From NCBI RefSeq assembly GCF_032062105.1, contig NW_026930592.1, positions 248,001-312,000 on the forward strand: a stretch of 64,000 bases of DNA, in the 5' to 3' direction. The position numbers and the translations under genes are program-made. The DNA comes from Saccostrea cucullata. Lineage: Eukaryota. A model generated the notes under the pieces. It was not told the DNA's origin and did not search any database. It saw nothing but the letters and a program-made list of their open reading frames with translations. This document shows, one piece after another, positions 1 through 12,115 of this stretch. How positions within the stretch are numbered: position 1 is the stretch's first letter; each line of letters opens with the position of its first letter.

Positions 1-3000
1 TGAAAAAAAATTATTGATTTAGAATTTCCTCTATATTTATTTATTAAATACTGAAAACAGGTATTTAATGACGAAACATAAAAGTAACTTACTTGTTTAC
101 AGAGGAAAGATTAGACAGTGCTAGAGATCCTGCTTTGGCTGAAGAAAAAATCACATGGAAATGTTAAGAATATTATCTTACTAACAATACATAGATATTT
201 AATTCACGTTGGGTAAAAATAATTTGACAGGTTAACAAATGGTTGAAAACTGAAAACTCACTATTAATTCTGACAACTTCATTTAACTCATTCTTAGACA
301 GGAGCAGGTGCTTGTAGCTGAAAGAGATAAAGGAAGGGATAAATCAACTTTACATCTCTGCCTGTGATGTGTTGAACAGAAGAAAATCAAGCATTATAAG
401 CTGGGATATTTGATTCAATTATCAGGAAAAATTCAAAGACTTAATCAAAACAGCTGACTTACTCTGAGTGATCACAAAAGCTGTGGACCAATCTAAGGAA
501 CTGGATCTTCAGAGCTACTTCCTGAAAAATCAATACAGATCTATTTAGCTACAATCTAACATTTTACATCATGAAGAATAAGGCAGATATTAAAAAAAGA
601 ATGATCAGTATACGACAAAATCTTACAGGACTGCATTCACACGCCGCATTATGTCCCCTCAGGCGATGACGACTACTGTATCTGCTTCTGTTAATATAAA
701 GGGACAAACATAAATTTCTTGAACTTTTTTTTTTTTACTACATACATAAATACACTAATGGACAATTTTTTGAACACAATTTGTTTACTTACACTTGACA
801 TTTCCAGATGAACTGGTCAAACAACTCACTCAACCCTGGAGCTAACTTCAACTCTGCCAACTTTCTTTGAACCTAAGAATAACATTTAGCAACATTTAAT
901 GAAAGATCATGCGTATCATCCACGGAAAAATCTGAATTTTTTTTTAAGTTTATAAACAACACAAATGAAGCCCATTTTTTATAATAGTGTTGATAGAAGA
1001 CTCTTCAAAACAGAGATTTATCATTTTACAATTTTAATCAATTGTGAATGATACAAAATTCACAAAATATATTATATACATGTTTCTTCAGTAAATCTTT
1101 TCTCACTTTCAAAAACAGCTACTTGAGCTCCTAGTAATGATTGATTGGAAGCATAATTTGTGTGTGGGTGTGCAGGGAGGATGGGGTTGCTGTTGGGGTG
1201 TTGGTGTATAGTTTTGCAAGAAATAATGAAGACCCCAGGAATGATCAGTGGTGATAGGTAATGATGTGATTTTTGTAAGTGTGACTACTGAAAAGCAAGT
1301 CAATTGGCAAGAATGATAGCATGGATGTATATACCTTTTTTCTGTGTTTTCCTAAAAGGAACAGTCCCAGTACATAGACCACCTCCACCCTCTGTACCAG
1401 CTCCTCTGTTATCTTCAGTCCTTGTTGTTGATTCATAGGACCTCCAGCAGTAGTGGGCTCTGATATACCTGTAATAAAATCATCCGTATACACAGCACTC
1501 TACAACAATGACAACTTTCAGTGTGTGAATAGCATAAATCACATAAAGTTGCAATCCTTCTGCTGTAATTAACATTTAAGAAGATGCCCCCAACTTCCAA
1601 ATTTTTATTTTAGTGCTAAATGGATTGTAAAAAATCTTATCATTACAGAAACATTTATGGCTATAGTATTTCATTATTTCTTTTCAAATTTTTCCTAGAC
1701 TTTTACACTACTAAATGTTGAATTTGTTATCATTCAATTCAATTCTGTTTCTTTTGTGTTTGTTTCAGCATGTATTTTGAATTAGGCTTAAAAAATACTT
1801 GTAACATTCCCAAATAACTTTACATGTATGTCGTTTTTTTTTTATAAATGCCAAACATACCTGACTGAATTAACCAGGTGTTATATTTACATGGACACCC
1901 AATATATGGCTGCCTATAGCAGCAGAAAAAAGTCCTCAATAATGATTACTCTTTAAATTTAAGGTAAACGTTGAATATATTCACATATTTTGTATCACAA
2001 ATAAAGCTACAATTAATAGCGAGCGCAGCAGTCCACGCTCGCGAAGCTAGCTCAATAGACTAACGTGTAAGAACCGAGGAAATTCGGACTGAAATCTGTA
2101 CAAACACAGCCAAATTTATACTGTGCAACATTCAGAATTCCTGCACTACCCAATGTCCTTTGCGCGAATATTGCCGAATAAATAAATAAATAATAACGTA
2201 AAGCATATATCAGACTTTCAGTTTGTAGAAATCCAAAGAAACAAGAAATAACTCTGCAATGTTTTCCGACAAAAATTGCACTAGTTCTAATTGCACTAAG
2301 CTCCGACAATTTTAAATAATAACAAACTTTGACGTTCGAAGTGTCAAGTGTTTTTGATGGTACAACTGCGCTCGCCCCAACGGTCACACCGTAAAACATT
2401 TTATTTGAAAAATGGAATCAGCTGAATGATCAAACACAGAAAAATCCGCCTGGGATATGAAAACGAAAGTACATTGGATAGTTGAACCATTTTTACGATC
2501 AATTCTGGAAAAGGTTAAAATTCTTACTCGCCATGTGGGCGATAATATTCTCAAGAGCTGGTCGCCCACAGGAAAATTTACTCGCATTTGCGAGTGGGCG
2601 AGTGGTTATTTGCAACCCTGCCTTCTGTAATTAATTAGAAAAGATGCAACCTTATTTGAGTGCTAAATGGATTGTGAAAGCTATCATTACAGAAACATTT
2701 AAATAAATCTGTAAGCATCTTCTCTATACATGTATAGTGATTTGAATTTGTATACATAAATCTGCTGTGTTCTGTTCAGAATTAGATGGGCCACAATACA
2801 AGATCAAAACTTTACTTAGGAATGTTTAGAATGACCTGTTTGGGTCAATATAATACAATAATTATATTGTACCTCCAATAAAGTCCTCTAAGTCATCCAT
2901 TGAGGGACTGTCGTACATTTCCTCAGCCATTTGACATCCACTCCATCCAACAGTCCAGCTCACTGACCATTCCTCTGTACCGGGGAGTGTCTGTAAAATA

Positions 3001-6000
3001 AACACAGTATAATGTATATACTGGTTCATGTTTCAGCAAAGTTAAGGACAGATTTCAGGATGTTAAGTTGATGTTTGAATTAAAATATCTTTTTCTCAAA
3101 CCACAGAGAAACATACTTCTCTAAACACCTTTATTCAATTGCACTAATACAATTTTAAATAATAACAAACTTTGTGAAAATCTCTGAAACTTACAGTCTC
3201 TCGATACTGCTAAGTTGACAAGTCGAGGAAGCAACTCAGGAATTCCTAAAAGTAGCTCTGTAAAGAAAAGAAATACATGTATTAACATTTTTACACAATT
3301 TTAGTAAATTAAATCCATTCCTATGTAGAAAATGAAACAAGATTTACTCTACATGAGACAACTGTATTCAAACTAACATTCCAAAATCTTTAAAATGAAA
3401 ACTACCTTGATTGATGTCTCTAACATTTACAAATCCCTTTGTTCTCTTCTGTTTGTTCTGTGCAAATACTACAACAAAAGACCAAGTGATTGAAACATTG
3501 CAAGTTTGACATTTTCAGCACCTTAATTAATGAAATAAATTGAAATAAACGATAAAATACGCAGATTTCTCTGATGACATTGAGGATACTTACATGAGGA
3601 TTTGTTTTCGTAGATATCTAGATCTGATATAGCAACAGCAAGTATGCGACAGAAGTTAGCCAGCTGCTGGTCAGTCAATGATTGGATCAAGGGGCGAATA
3701 TTCTCTACAAAAACATTATCATTACGTCTTGAGTACAACCTCTCTAATTTTAAACACAGCATGAGAATATAATCATGCATGATGTAAATCTGTTTCCAAA
3801 CTTTCCTTCTGCATACTTGATGTCAAAATTTGATTAGTATATTCAAATTATTTTTGACCCCTGGTGTTCCTTTTCTATAAATAGTGTATTGCTTTATTTC
3901 ATGATAAACAACACTCAAAGAAAGACTTGGATTACACTCACTGATTCTGTGAAGATCTAGGACCTCCCTCCTGTAGGAGTTTGATTTAGACTTACTGATT
4001 CTGTGGATATCTAAGACCTCCCTCCTTTAGAACGTTGATTTAGACTTACTGATTCTGTGAAGATCTAGAACCTCCCTCCTGGAGGAGTTTGATTGAGACT
4101 TACTGATTCTGTGAAGATCTAGGACCTCCCTCCTGTGGGAGTTTGATTTAGACTTACTGATTCTGTGGATATCCAAGACCTCCCTCCTGTAGGAATTTGA
4201 TTTAGACTTACTGATTCTGTGAAGATCTAGGACCTCCCTCCTGGATTGTAGCATGTCTTCAATCAGCTGACAGGCATTGATAAATGTTTTCTGGTGTGCT
4301 AACAGAGTGAACACATAATTTAGAACCTCATCGTCTGCCATCAGGATAGCGGTCACTTGTTCCCCAATGGACTTAAAAAAAATCAGTCAAAAATAACAAA
4401 AACACTCCTGAAATACTCAAAGTTACATTGTCTCCTCTTTCCAAAAATAATTTTAATGTCTTACATTTTACGGCATTGTGTAGATAATATGATACTTACA
4501 GTGACATGAAACTTGGTCAGGATTTCCAGAACCAAACTTTTAATCCTGAGGACTACTTCTGCTTCACAATACCCTACTGATAAAATAAAGCTGGAGAGTT
4601 TTTACTAGGCAAACGAATGTAAGTTAGTTAAATAATTTCACTAAGACTTATCCAACGGACTATGAACAAGAAACTTTGTACATTTATTATATTTGCTCTT
4701 GATAAAATGTGTCAAATTGAATGATTTTTTTCTCTCTTTCTGAGTTAATGTCTTAATACTTTTTGAACAGCAATTGTAAAACCACCTATTGAGAGCATGT
4801 TCACACAATCCATTGTATCTTTGTAAAAAGCTCCTCAAAACAAGGAAATGTCAACAGGAAGATTTAATCCATCTCACCTTTAGGCTTCTTGCTTGACTGA
4901 GGGAAGAGGGTGTTGAACATCAGAATCCTTATCAAGACCTACAATTTACAGAATAAATGATGCAAAAAAAAAATCTGATTAAAGACACATTCAAAGTCTG
5001 AAAGCAATTGAATAATTTCCTGTTTACCTCCACTCCTCCATGCTGCAGGAACTGAGCAGCGTATTTGTTTTGTTCTTCATCTGCCGTGGCATCATCCTGA
5101 CTTCTTCGTGGCTCAAAATTCATCAAATTCCCCAGCAATGTCTATTTAAGAGATTTGTGACAATTACAATCTAATAACCTTTTTTAAAATGGTCATTAAA
5201 ATTAAAGAAATGAATAATTATTATTCTCAATTATTATTCAAAAGCTTCATTTATCTATTTAATACAGTGAATTACAATCTAGCACGTGTATGATATACTG
5301 TATTGATCTTAGTCTGAAATTTACCTTTAGATTTTCCATGCACACATCATCTTCCCCGTTCATTTGTGCGCTGTACTGATCTAACTCTACAATAACTTCT
5401 GGTACACCCGATCCATCTCCAATGTCTTCCACAATGTGTTCTGGTAGCTTTAAAATAATTTGTAAAAGACTCTTAATAAGTGTTCCATATAAAATCCAAT
5501 TAAAATTTTGTGTAGTTCCTCACGATCTTACCCAATTTCTTATTTTTTCTCTCTTTAATTTTAACAAAATGTGTGTTTTTTTAAAACTGTATTACAAAAA
5601 ATCGACTGGACGATTTTTTTTTATTATGTAAATATCATTTTCATTACAAAAGAATTCTTAGGTCTTATTTTTTTTTTCAGTTTCATTTATCATGTACATG
5701 TCATCATTATATATATTTGAAAATCAAGCACAGATGTCTAATCTTGCCAATTTTGATTCTAGAGGAACAGGAGTTACTTTCCTGGACAAATATTTTTAAT
5801 GTTAAAATTATTTTTTCCCACAAACCTGATTTTTCAATTTCAAAAATCAACAGAATGATATTTTTTTAAATGAGGAAAAAAAAATTACAATATCTGAAGT
5901 AGAATTTTCGGCTTTCAAAATGTCATTTCTGCTAAGGTGGAGCTGTTATACAAAATGACATTTGTTATAACTACTTACTTTGAACAACACTTGAACAATT

Positions 6001-9000
6001 GATAAAGAAATCATTTTTTGAAGTCATAAATTTGATTGAAAGAAAATTATAAATAATTTAAGGCTTTAAATCAGGTATCTGAATTTCTTTAATATGGAAC
6101 TCTCTTATTCTGGAAACACAAAAGTATTGTTACATTATAAAATATTATAATCTTGAAAATGATCAATTCCTAACTAGGCAATAAAATGCCTGTAGTATAG
6201 GGTCCTTCAACCTTGTAAATCTTATGGTAAGAAAAAGTAAATAAAAAAATATATTTTGAAGTTGAATAAATAGACAACACAATATGAAATTTTGACACCG
6301 ACAGTATTCAACAGTTACCTCAGGGCTCTCACACCACTTTTTGGGACTGGGGCCGTTCAAATTGGGAAAAATATCGTCATTTTGGGAGATGTTAGATGAC
6401 CAACATTCATTGAAAAAATCCTCAAATTTTGCTTTCCTAGCATTTTGTCATCAATTTAACTCTGGTTTTGAATAAACACTTAAACAGAACAAGTATGGCT
6501 ATGTAGGCTATTTATGAAAGTACATTAGCTCTGTCATAACTATCTTTGAGTGTTGATATTGCAGTTATTTGTCTTTCTGAGTGACAGTCGCCAGTTACAT
6601 AATCCCGAATTTCCTGGATCACGTGGACAACATTGCTTACCAATACAGCGTGAGACTGAACATGCCGACAGTCTCGATCACATGGGACAACATTGACTTT
6701 TTTTCCTTTAAATCCATACCATTATGATACTGAGATTGAGAGGATGGTGAGACTGTGAAATCTAACTTATTGTTAAATGCCATGTTAACTATTTATAATT
6801 TTCCGTACAAGCATGTATTTTTTTCCTTCATATTTGACTTGTATGTATCAAAAAAAATTCTTAAATTTAATATGCACTTTCAATGGTGCAAGTTTGATGA
6901 TCAGCTGACTAATATTTAAATGAAATGTCTATTTTTGTAATATATAAAAATTAACAAAAATAAAGGACATTTGTTTGGACCATGTTTACCTCTTAATTTA
7001 GATTTTCATGACAAGATTTTTTTACCGACCCAACCTAAATTTTCTGCACTCATAGGCTTACACATTTCTGTTAAAACAATGAACATGACAAGATACTCTG
7101 CACTCATAGTTACACATTTCCCCGAACCAGTTTACAAATGCATTTGCCGCGAACTAATTAATAGTCGTACATAGAAGTAGTTTGTTTCACTTTCATTTGC
7201 AAGTGTGTTTTGTTTTGTTTTTTTTTTTTGCGATCAAGTTTCAGGACTTTTATTTTTTAATTAATATTTTGCAATGGAAATTGGGAAATTTACACCTTTC
7301 TTTTGGGAAAAAACGTACCTTTTTTGGATTGGGAACGGGGCGGAATATCGGCCCCAGATATAGAGAATCTAGAGCCCTGTACCTTATGCAGTGTTTGAAA
7401 CTCACCGTAAAATTAGCTAGACATGCAGGGCTGACTGCTAGAGCAAGTTGTCAGCCCTACCAAAAATCCTCTAGTCCCAGAAAGTAATAGTCTTTTATAA
7501 ATTTATTTATAGCGATAATGTGAATGAGGCCAGACCACCATAACGTCAATTCTGAATCTACAGGCTAACAAATTCTACCCCTTTTATCTATTGCACTTTG
7601 CTATTGACACTATCAGATGATCTGAGAAAGATTTTTCAAATATATGAATTTTATAATTAAATTTAAGGGAAATTTTAACACATCCAGTCGTGTGTCTAAA
7701 TGTGCAAATCTGTTCGCCCATGGCAAAATTTGTGCGTCTCGTCCGGTCGTAGCTGCAGAACTGACTGTAGCTCTCAGCTTGAGAAAATTCAGACAGATAA
7801 AGTAGAGAGCTACAGATCCAAGCATGTAAAAACCGTCGATTTACGCAGACAATTTTGTGTCGCTACTTTAGGTATTTATTTCATATAGTTTAAGCTTTCT
7901 CTGGCTCTTAGAATGGTATCCCATAATAATTCATATATTTAACTCTTATATTTGATACATGTACTTTGTTTACCTTTTAACAGTCCGAAACAGTCCTGTA
8001 TATAGTTTTATAATGTCGGTTTAAAAGAGTTCCATTTCGACGTCTGTATCCACAAACAGCCATTTGTTAGCTGTTGAGAGGTAAGTAAATGATCAGGAAT
8101 TGAAGTTGAATGTATGATTAATCATTAAATACCATTTAAAATGATTTTAAAAGCTGGGGAAAGTATAAAATACATGAAAAAATATCCATAGTGAGCGACA
8201 AAAAATTGTCGGCGTAAATCGAAGGGTTTTACAACACTTGGATCTGAAGTTCTCGATCTGCTTTATCTTTTCAAATTTTGTCAAGCAGAGAGCTACAGTT
8301 CTGCAGCTAGTCCGGTCGGGGGCAAGGTTATTTCAAACAATGGATTATGTATGTATGTTCAGCAATGACAAACGCCTTTTCCATTTTTTCCAAAATTAGA
8401 TTTTTTTTGTAATTATAAATTTGCGTCTGTTAACCTAATTTTCACTCACAGGTAGAAAACAGGAGGCCGTCAACTACTACTTTGTTTATCGTGATGAAAT
8501 ATCCTGAGAATGCTTATTGGAATTCCTTGGGCCAACTTCTATAAGTTTTCTAATGAAAATTATCAGAGGCATTTGTTTAACAGGTTGGGACCAATCGCCC
8601 AAATGGGATATAATAGTCCGTTTGGCAAATGGGCTATAAATTTACAGTGCAAAAATTGAAAATTTTTATTTTGGCAATATATATCATAAATCCGCATCAG
8701 GACACATAAAAAGGCATAACGTTTGGTTGATAAGTTTTCCCATATGCCCATTGTTTAGGAGATAGATCCCTCGAAAGTTCCTTAACTTCTTGGGGATCAA
8801 TCTTACAAACTGTAAGGTTGCAGAAAAACTTGCTCACCAAAAGTTATTCCTTTTTAAGTGTTTTGATGCAGATTTATGATATTTATTGCCAAAATAAAAA
8901 TTTTTCAATTTTTGTACTGTAAATTTATAGCCCATTTGGGATATTATATCCCAAACGGACTATTATATCCCATTTGGGCGAATGGTCCCAACCTGTTTAA

Positions 9001-9473
9001 CCACTTCATCAGGTGTCTATGTCTATAAAGCTACAAAAACTGGAAATTTTCCTAGTACTAACTGAAATCAAATAAGTTTGAATTATTTTCCTTATATCAC
9101 TATTAGCTTTTGTTTGCATTTTACAGATCAAAATTAGAAAAAAAAACAATCAGTCAAGTGCATACGCATATATTCGAAATAGCAATCAAAACATTCTGGG
9201 CACATACTACTTCAGTAGCTTTAAAACCAGTTCTTTGAAATTCATTTAAAAATGTTTCAAATTTATTGAAACACACTGCAAAAGAAATAGATCGAATAGC
9301 TAGACTACCCGAAATGAAGGTGAAAATAATGAAAGTCACATTTGTGCCAAAATGTTGAAAATCGAATATACCTGGTTTATACGATGAAAGCCGTTTTCTG
9401 AATACTGCCAATGTTGACTGGCTAAAAATACCGAAGATCGAACAATACCCTTTCTAAGTTTCTGGCGATTCAT
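1..9473 (-). CDS. TRPC4AP: TRPC4-associated protein (TRUSS), multi-exon, 3' end outside the window
   Basis: Exons assembled on GT-AG boundaries: 9473-9372, 5447-5325, 5141-5028, 4938-4878, 4576-4500, ~4371-4212, 3704-3594, 3468-3406, 3257-3195, 2990-2873, 1468-1335, 872-793, 687-627, 521-463 and further exons to the left. Peptides QQLANFCRILAVAISDLD, EVVYVLGLFLLGKHRKKV, LAPGLSELFDQFIWK and GHNAACECSPEVALKIQFLRLVHSFCDH match TRPC4AP as I recall it. There is one apparent frameshift in exon 2990-2873. Confidence 0.93.
3936..4243 (-). repeat. 54-bp minisatellite made of an exon 3' end plus its splice donor (6 donor copies)
   Basis: ctgattctgtg recurs at 3941, 3995, 4049, 4103, 4157 and 4211. On the minus strand each unit reads ...CACAGAATCA|GTAAGT, and the last reads GTGAGT. 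Confidence 0.95.
6321..7379. mobile_element. Non-autonomous TIR element, hAT-like, with 5-bp TSD
   Basis: Ends CAGGGCTCT / AGAGCCCTG, flanked on both sides by TACCT. No ORF. Confidence 0.65.
7720..8340. mobile_element. Diverged foldback element (MITE-like), ends approximate
   Basis: 7750-7870 is an imperfect reverse complement of 8188-8309 (tagctgcagaactg...tagctctc vs gagagctacagttctgcagcta; cgatttacgcagacaattt vs aaattgtcggcgtaaatcg). Confidence 0.6.
8581..8995. mobile_element. MITE with long TIRs
   Basis: caggttgggaccaatcgcccaaatgggatataatagtccgtttgg pairs with ccaaacggactattatatcccatttgggcgaatggtcccaacctg; TTTAA on both flanks. Confidence 0.85.
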
Positions 9474-10606
9474 GGTTTCTTTCCTTGTTTTCCTCGAGCT
9501 TCAGTGCTTGAGAAGATCGGCGGTAAATTCATCTGCGCATGTGTGAGATACATTTCCTGTTTTTCTTCTGCCCCTTACATCATTGCTGTCAATTAATTTT
9601 TCAATTTGCTTTATTTACGTCTTTGTCTGAAAGGAAAATGATAAAACAAAATATTCAAGATTTAAAAAAAATCAGTAGATCTACTTAATTAACTCTTTAG
9701 AAATAAAAACACTACTTTGTATTGATATAAGCGTTTAACGTAATAGTTTACGTTGAGGACCAGTTTAAAAGGTACAGTGTATTTTTAGTTGCCACGGTGA
9801 GGTCAAGCGCTTCAGAGTACCTTTTTTTTTTCTTTTTTAAAAATAGACATTTAAATTTTTTAAAATAAATTACTCGAAAACAAATAAGGGTAGCGATAGT
9901 GCGTGTTCCCTCTGCTCTGGTGCAGACGCCCACAAGTGTTAAAAACTCGAATGTAAAAAATACTGTTATGATTACAAATCATAGAAAGTGTTTAAACATT
10001 CACAAATTGAATATTTGTGGATACAGTTTGTGTGCGAGTGTCATTCTGTGCATCGAATAAGATTCGACCTTACTTAGAATTAGCAGTCTACGATGGATTG
10101 GCACTGAGATGCCATCGAATTTAATTTGATAGGATTAAAAATTTGTGAGGGCATGATACGGTTTTGATTCCAAGTAATGAGGTAAGATGATTCAACATGA
10201 TATTTAACAATGGTTTACATTGTGAACTGAAATCATTGATTTCTTCCATTTTGAAACACATACTACACTGCTGCAGTGTGGAAAAGAATTTTAATTATAG
10301 TTTCAACATTGATAATTTCAAAGACATTGAGTTTTGATTTACACGACAGGAAATTTCATGTCAGTGTTACACAGATTAGTTAATGCTTAAAAGATTTAAA
10401 TCTAAAGGTGTCAAATTCTGAGCTTACTGAAGATCTGTGCCATGTAAAATCAATACACACCAATGGACTTACAATTAAATTCTCTTGCGCAAGTTTTCAA
10501 AGATGATCAAGAGAGCAGTCACAGAAATTGATTACATTGCTATGGGCCAGAGGCTGATTTAAATTTTAATGGTTTCATTTAATTTATTACAGGGAGTCAC
10601 AAGAAG

Positions 10607-12115
10607 ATGACATTTGTAAACATTTTCAAAGATTTTTACTCTGAATCTGATTCCTTTGACAATCATTATGATAATGACCGAAACTACACAAATGCGCTGA
10701 TTGAACAAAGTGATAGATGTAATCCGCTGGATAATACAGCTCAGAAGAAAACTGCACACAGCGACTGGAATGAGGCTGTCAGCGCTTGGAAGAATACAGT
10801 ACCATTCCCGCGGTATGTGCCGACCTCCGCTGTCTCTAACGTCATCAAACGTCAGAACCGTGACGTTAATAAAGTTGAGGAGTCGGAAAGTAACATATCC
10901 GTCAAATGTGTGGGTGAAGATTTTGACACGTTCCCTGTTCCAGGCTGGAAAGCCAACGTAGAACAGGGGACGTACCGTTACGTCACAAACAATGCCTATT
11001 ACAGGACGGTGAAAATACTGGACTATCGTGACAGAAGAGAGTGGTACACTATAAACAAAAAACACCCGGAGATAGTTTCTATGCACTGGCAAAATAAAAG
11101 ACACAATAAGGAGATGAAGCGGAATTTGAGAAGGGATTTGGAAGTAAAGTTTCACAACCACAACCGTCGACAGCAATCGATTGTCTTAGAAAAAGTGCAA
11201 GATAATACCGCAAGTGTTACACCAAGCGACATTAAGGTAGAACATGTTGAGAGTATTCGTGTTCCTAGTGTGCAATTGGAGGCACCAAAATCTAATCGAG
11301 ACTACATAAGCGACTGCAAACACGAAATGAACAATAATTCAGATACGCTAAACAATGCCTCTAGTGACTTGAACATCGACAAAATCTCTTCAAGGATAAC
11401 TGTTCTAAATGAAGAATTGAGACGTGATTCAAAGCTAAGAAAATCGCACGAAGTCACGGACATATCAAAACTTTTGCTTCAGACGAAAGGCAAAGACGTA
11501 TCTTCGAGAAATTCGCCCATTAAGAAGAAAGACGGACAAAACGCGACAGAGACAATGACAGTAAGATCTGTGGCTCGAAGAGGAGAGTTAAAACAACTTG
11601 AGAGAGCGGAGCTGAAACCGATGGAGAGGGGCGAATTAAAGCCTGTGGAAAGAGTTACGCCCTCTCAGAGATTAATCGCCGCGGAGTCAAAGAAATCTAA
11701 AAACAACCAACTACGGTACACTAATTCTACCGGAAGTGATGCGGCATCAATCAGTGTTCCTTCTATTCCTGACAATTTTCAAATTGCTAGTCCAGATCTC
11801 GAAAAAGCTCTTAACTCTTACAAAATGGCAATAGAAACAACTAAACAATCACTGTTCAATACTCTAACTGGCAATAAAGGCCAGAGGCGGACGACGGGAG
11901 GGGGCGGTAAGGTCACTCACTCTGCTCCCCCTTCTGTGTGTGAAACTGCTTCACTCCCCCTCTCAGAACAGCCCCCGTCAGAGGGGGTCCAGAGCTATTC
12001 TAGTCTAGGGGGCAAGGAGAAATCTTCGAGCAAAAAGCATTCCTTTTCTGGACTTCTGCCTGAAATTGCTGGTAAACGTTTAGAAGTGGGAACTACTATC
12101 AACAGGTGGTTATAG
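10607..12115 (+). CDS. Uncharacterised 502-aa protein, CDS in a single exon
   Basis: 1.5-kb open frame, more GC-rich than its flanks. Splice acceptor (ttattacag) just 5' of the ATG and a candidate upstream UTR donor at ~10181. No domain recognised. Confidence 0.75.
   Translation: MTFVNIFKDFYSESDSFDNHYDNDRNYTNALIEQSDRCNPLDNTAQKKTAHSDWNEAVSAWKNTVPFPRYVPTSAVSNVIKRQNRDVNKVEESESNISVKCVGEDFDTFPVPGWKANVEQGTYRYVTNNAYYRTVKILDYRDRREWYTINKKHPEIVSMHWQNKRHNKEMKRNLRRDLEVKFHNHNRRQQSIVLEKVQDNTASVTPSDIKVEHVESIRVPSVQLEAPKSNRDYISDCKHEMNNNSDTLNNASSDLNIDKISSRITVLNEELRRDSKLRKSHEVTDISKLLLQTKGKDVSSRNSPIKKKDGQNATETMTVRSVARRGELKQLERAELKPMERGELKPVERVTPSQRLIAAESKKSKNNQLRYTNSTGSDAASISVPSIPDNFQIASPDLEKALNSYKMAIETTKQSLFNTLTGNKGQRRTTGGGGKVTHSAPPSVCETASLPLSEQPPSEGVQSYSSLGGKEKSSSKKHSFSGLLPEIAGKRLEVGTTINRWL

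Noticed and set aside
1550-3175. Short intronic duplications (1550-1660 vs 2610-2700; 2290-2330 vs 3137-3173)
   Set aside because: Small, diverged local duplications next to transposon remnants, with no sign of function.
9154-9411. ORF MAVFRKRL... as the TRPC4AP start
   Set aside because: It has a TTG start in the wrong frame. ATG 9473 to donor 9372 joins exon 2 in phase.
10559-11176. 205-aa minus-strand ORF and the 86-aa ORF at 10701
   Set aside because: Shadow frames of the 502-aa ORF with no independent support.
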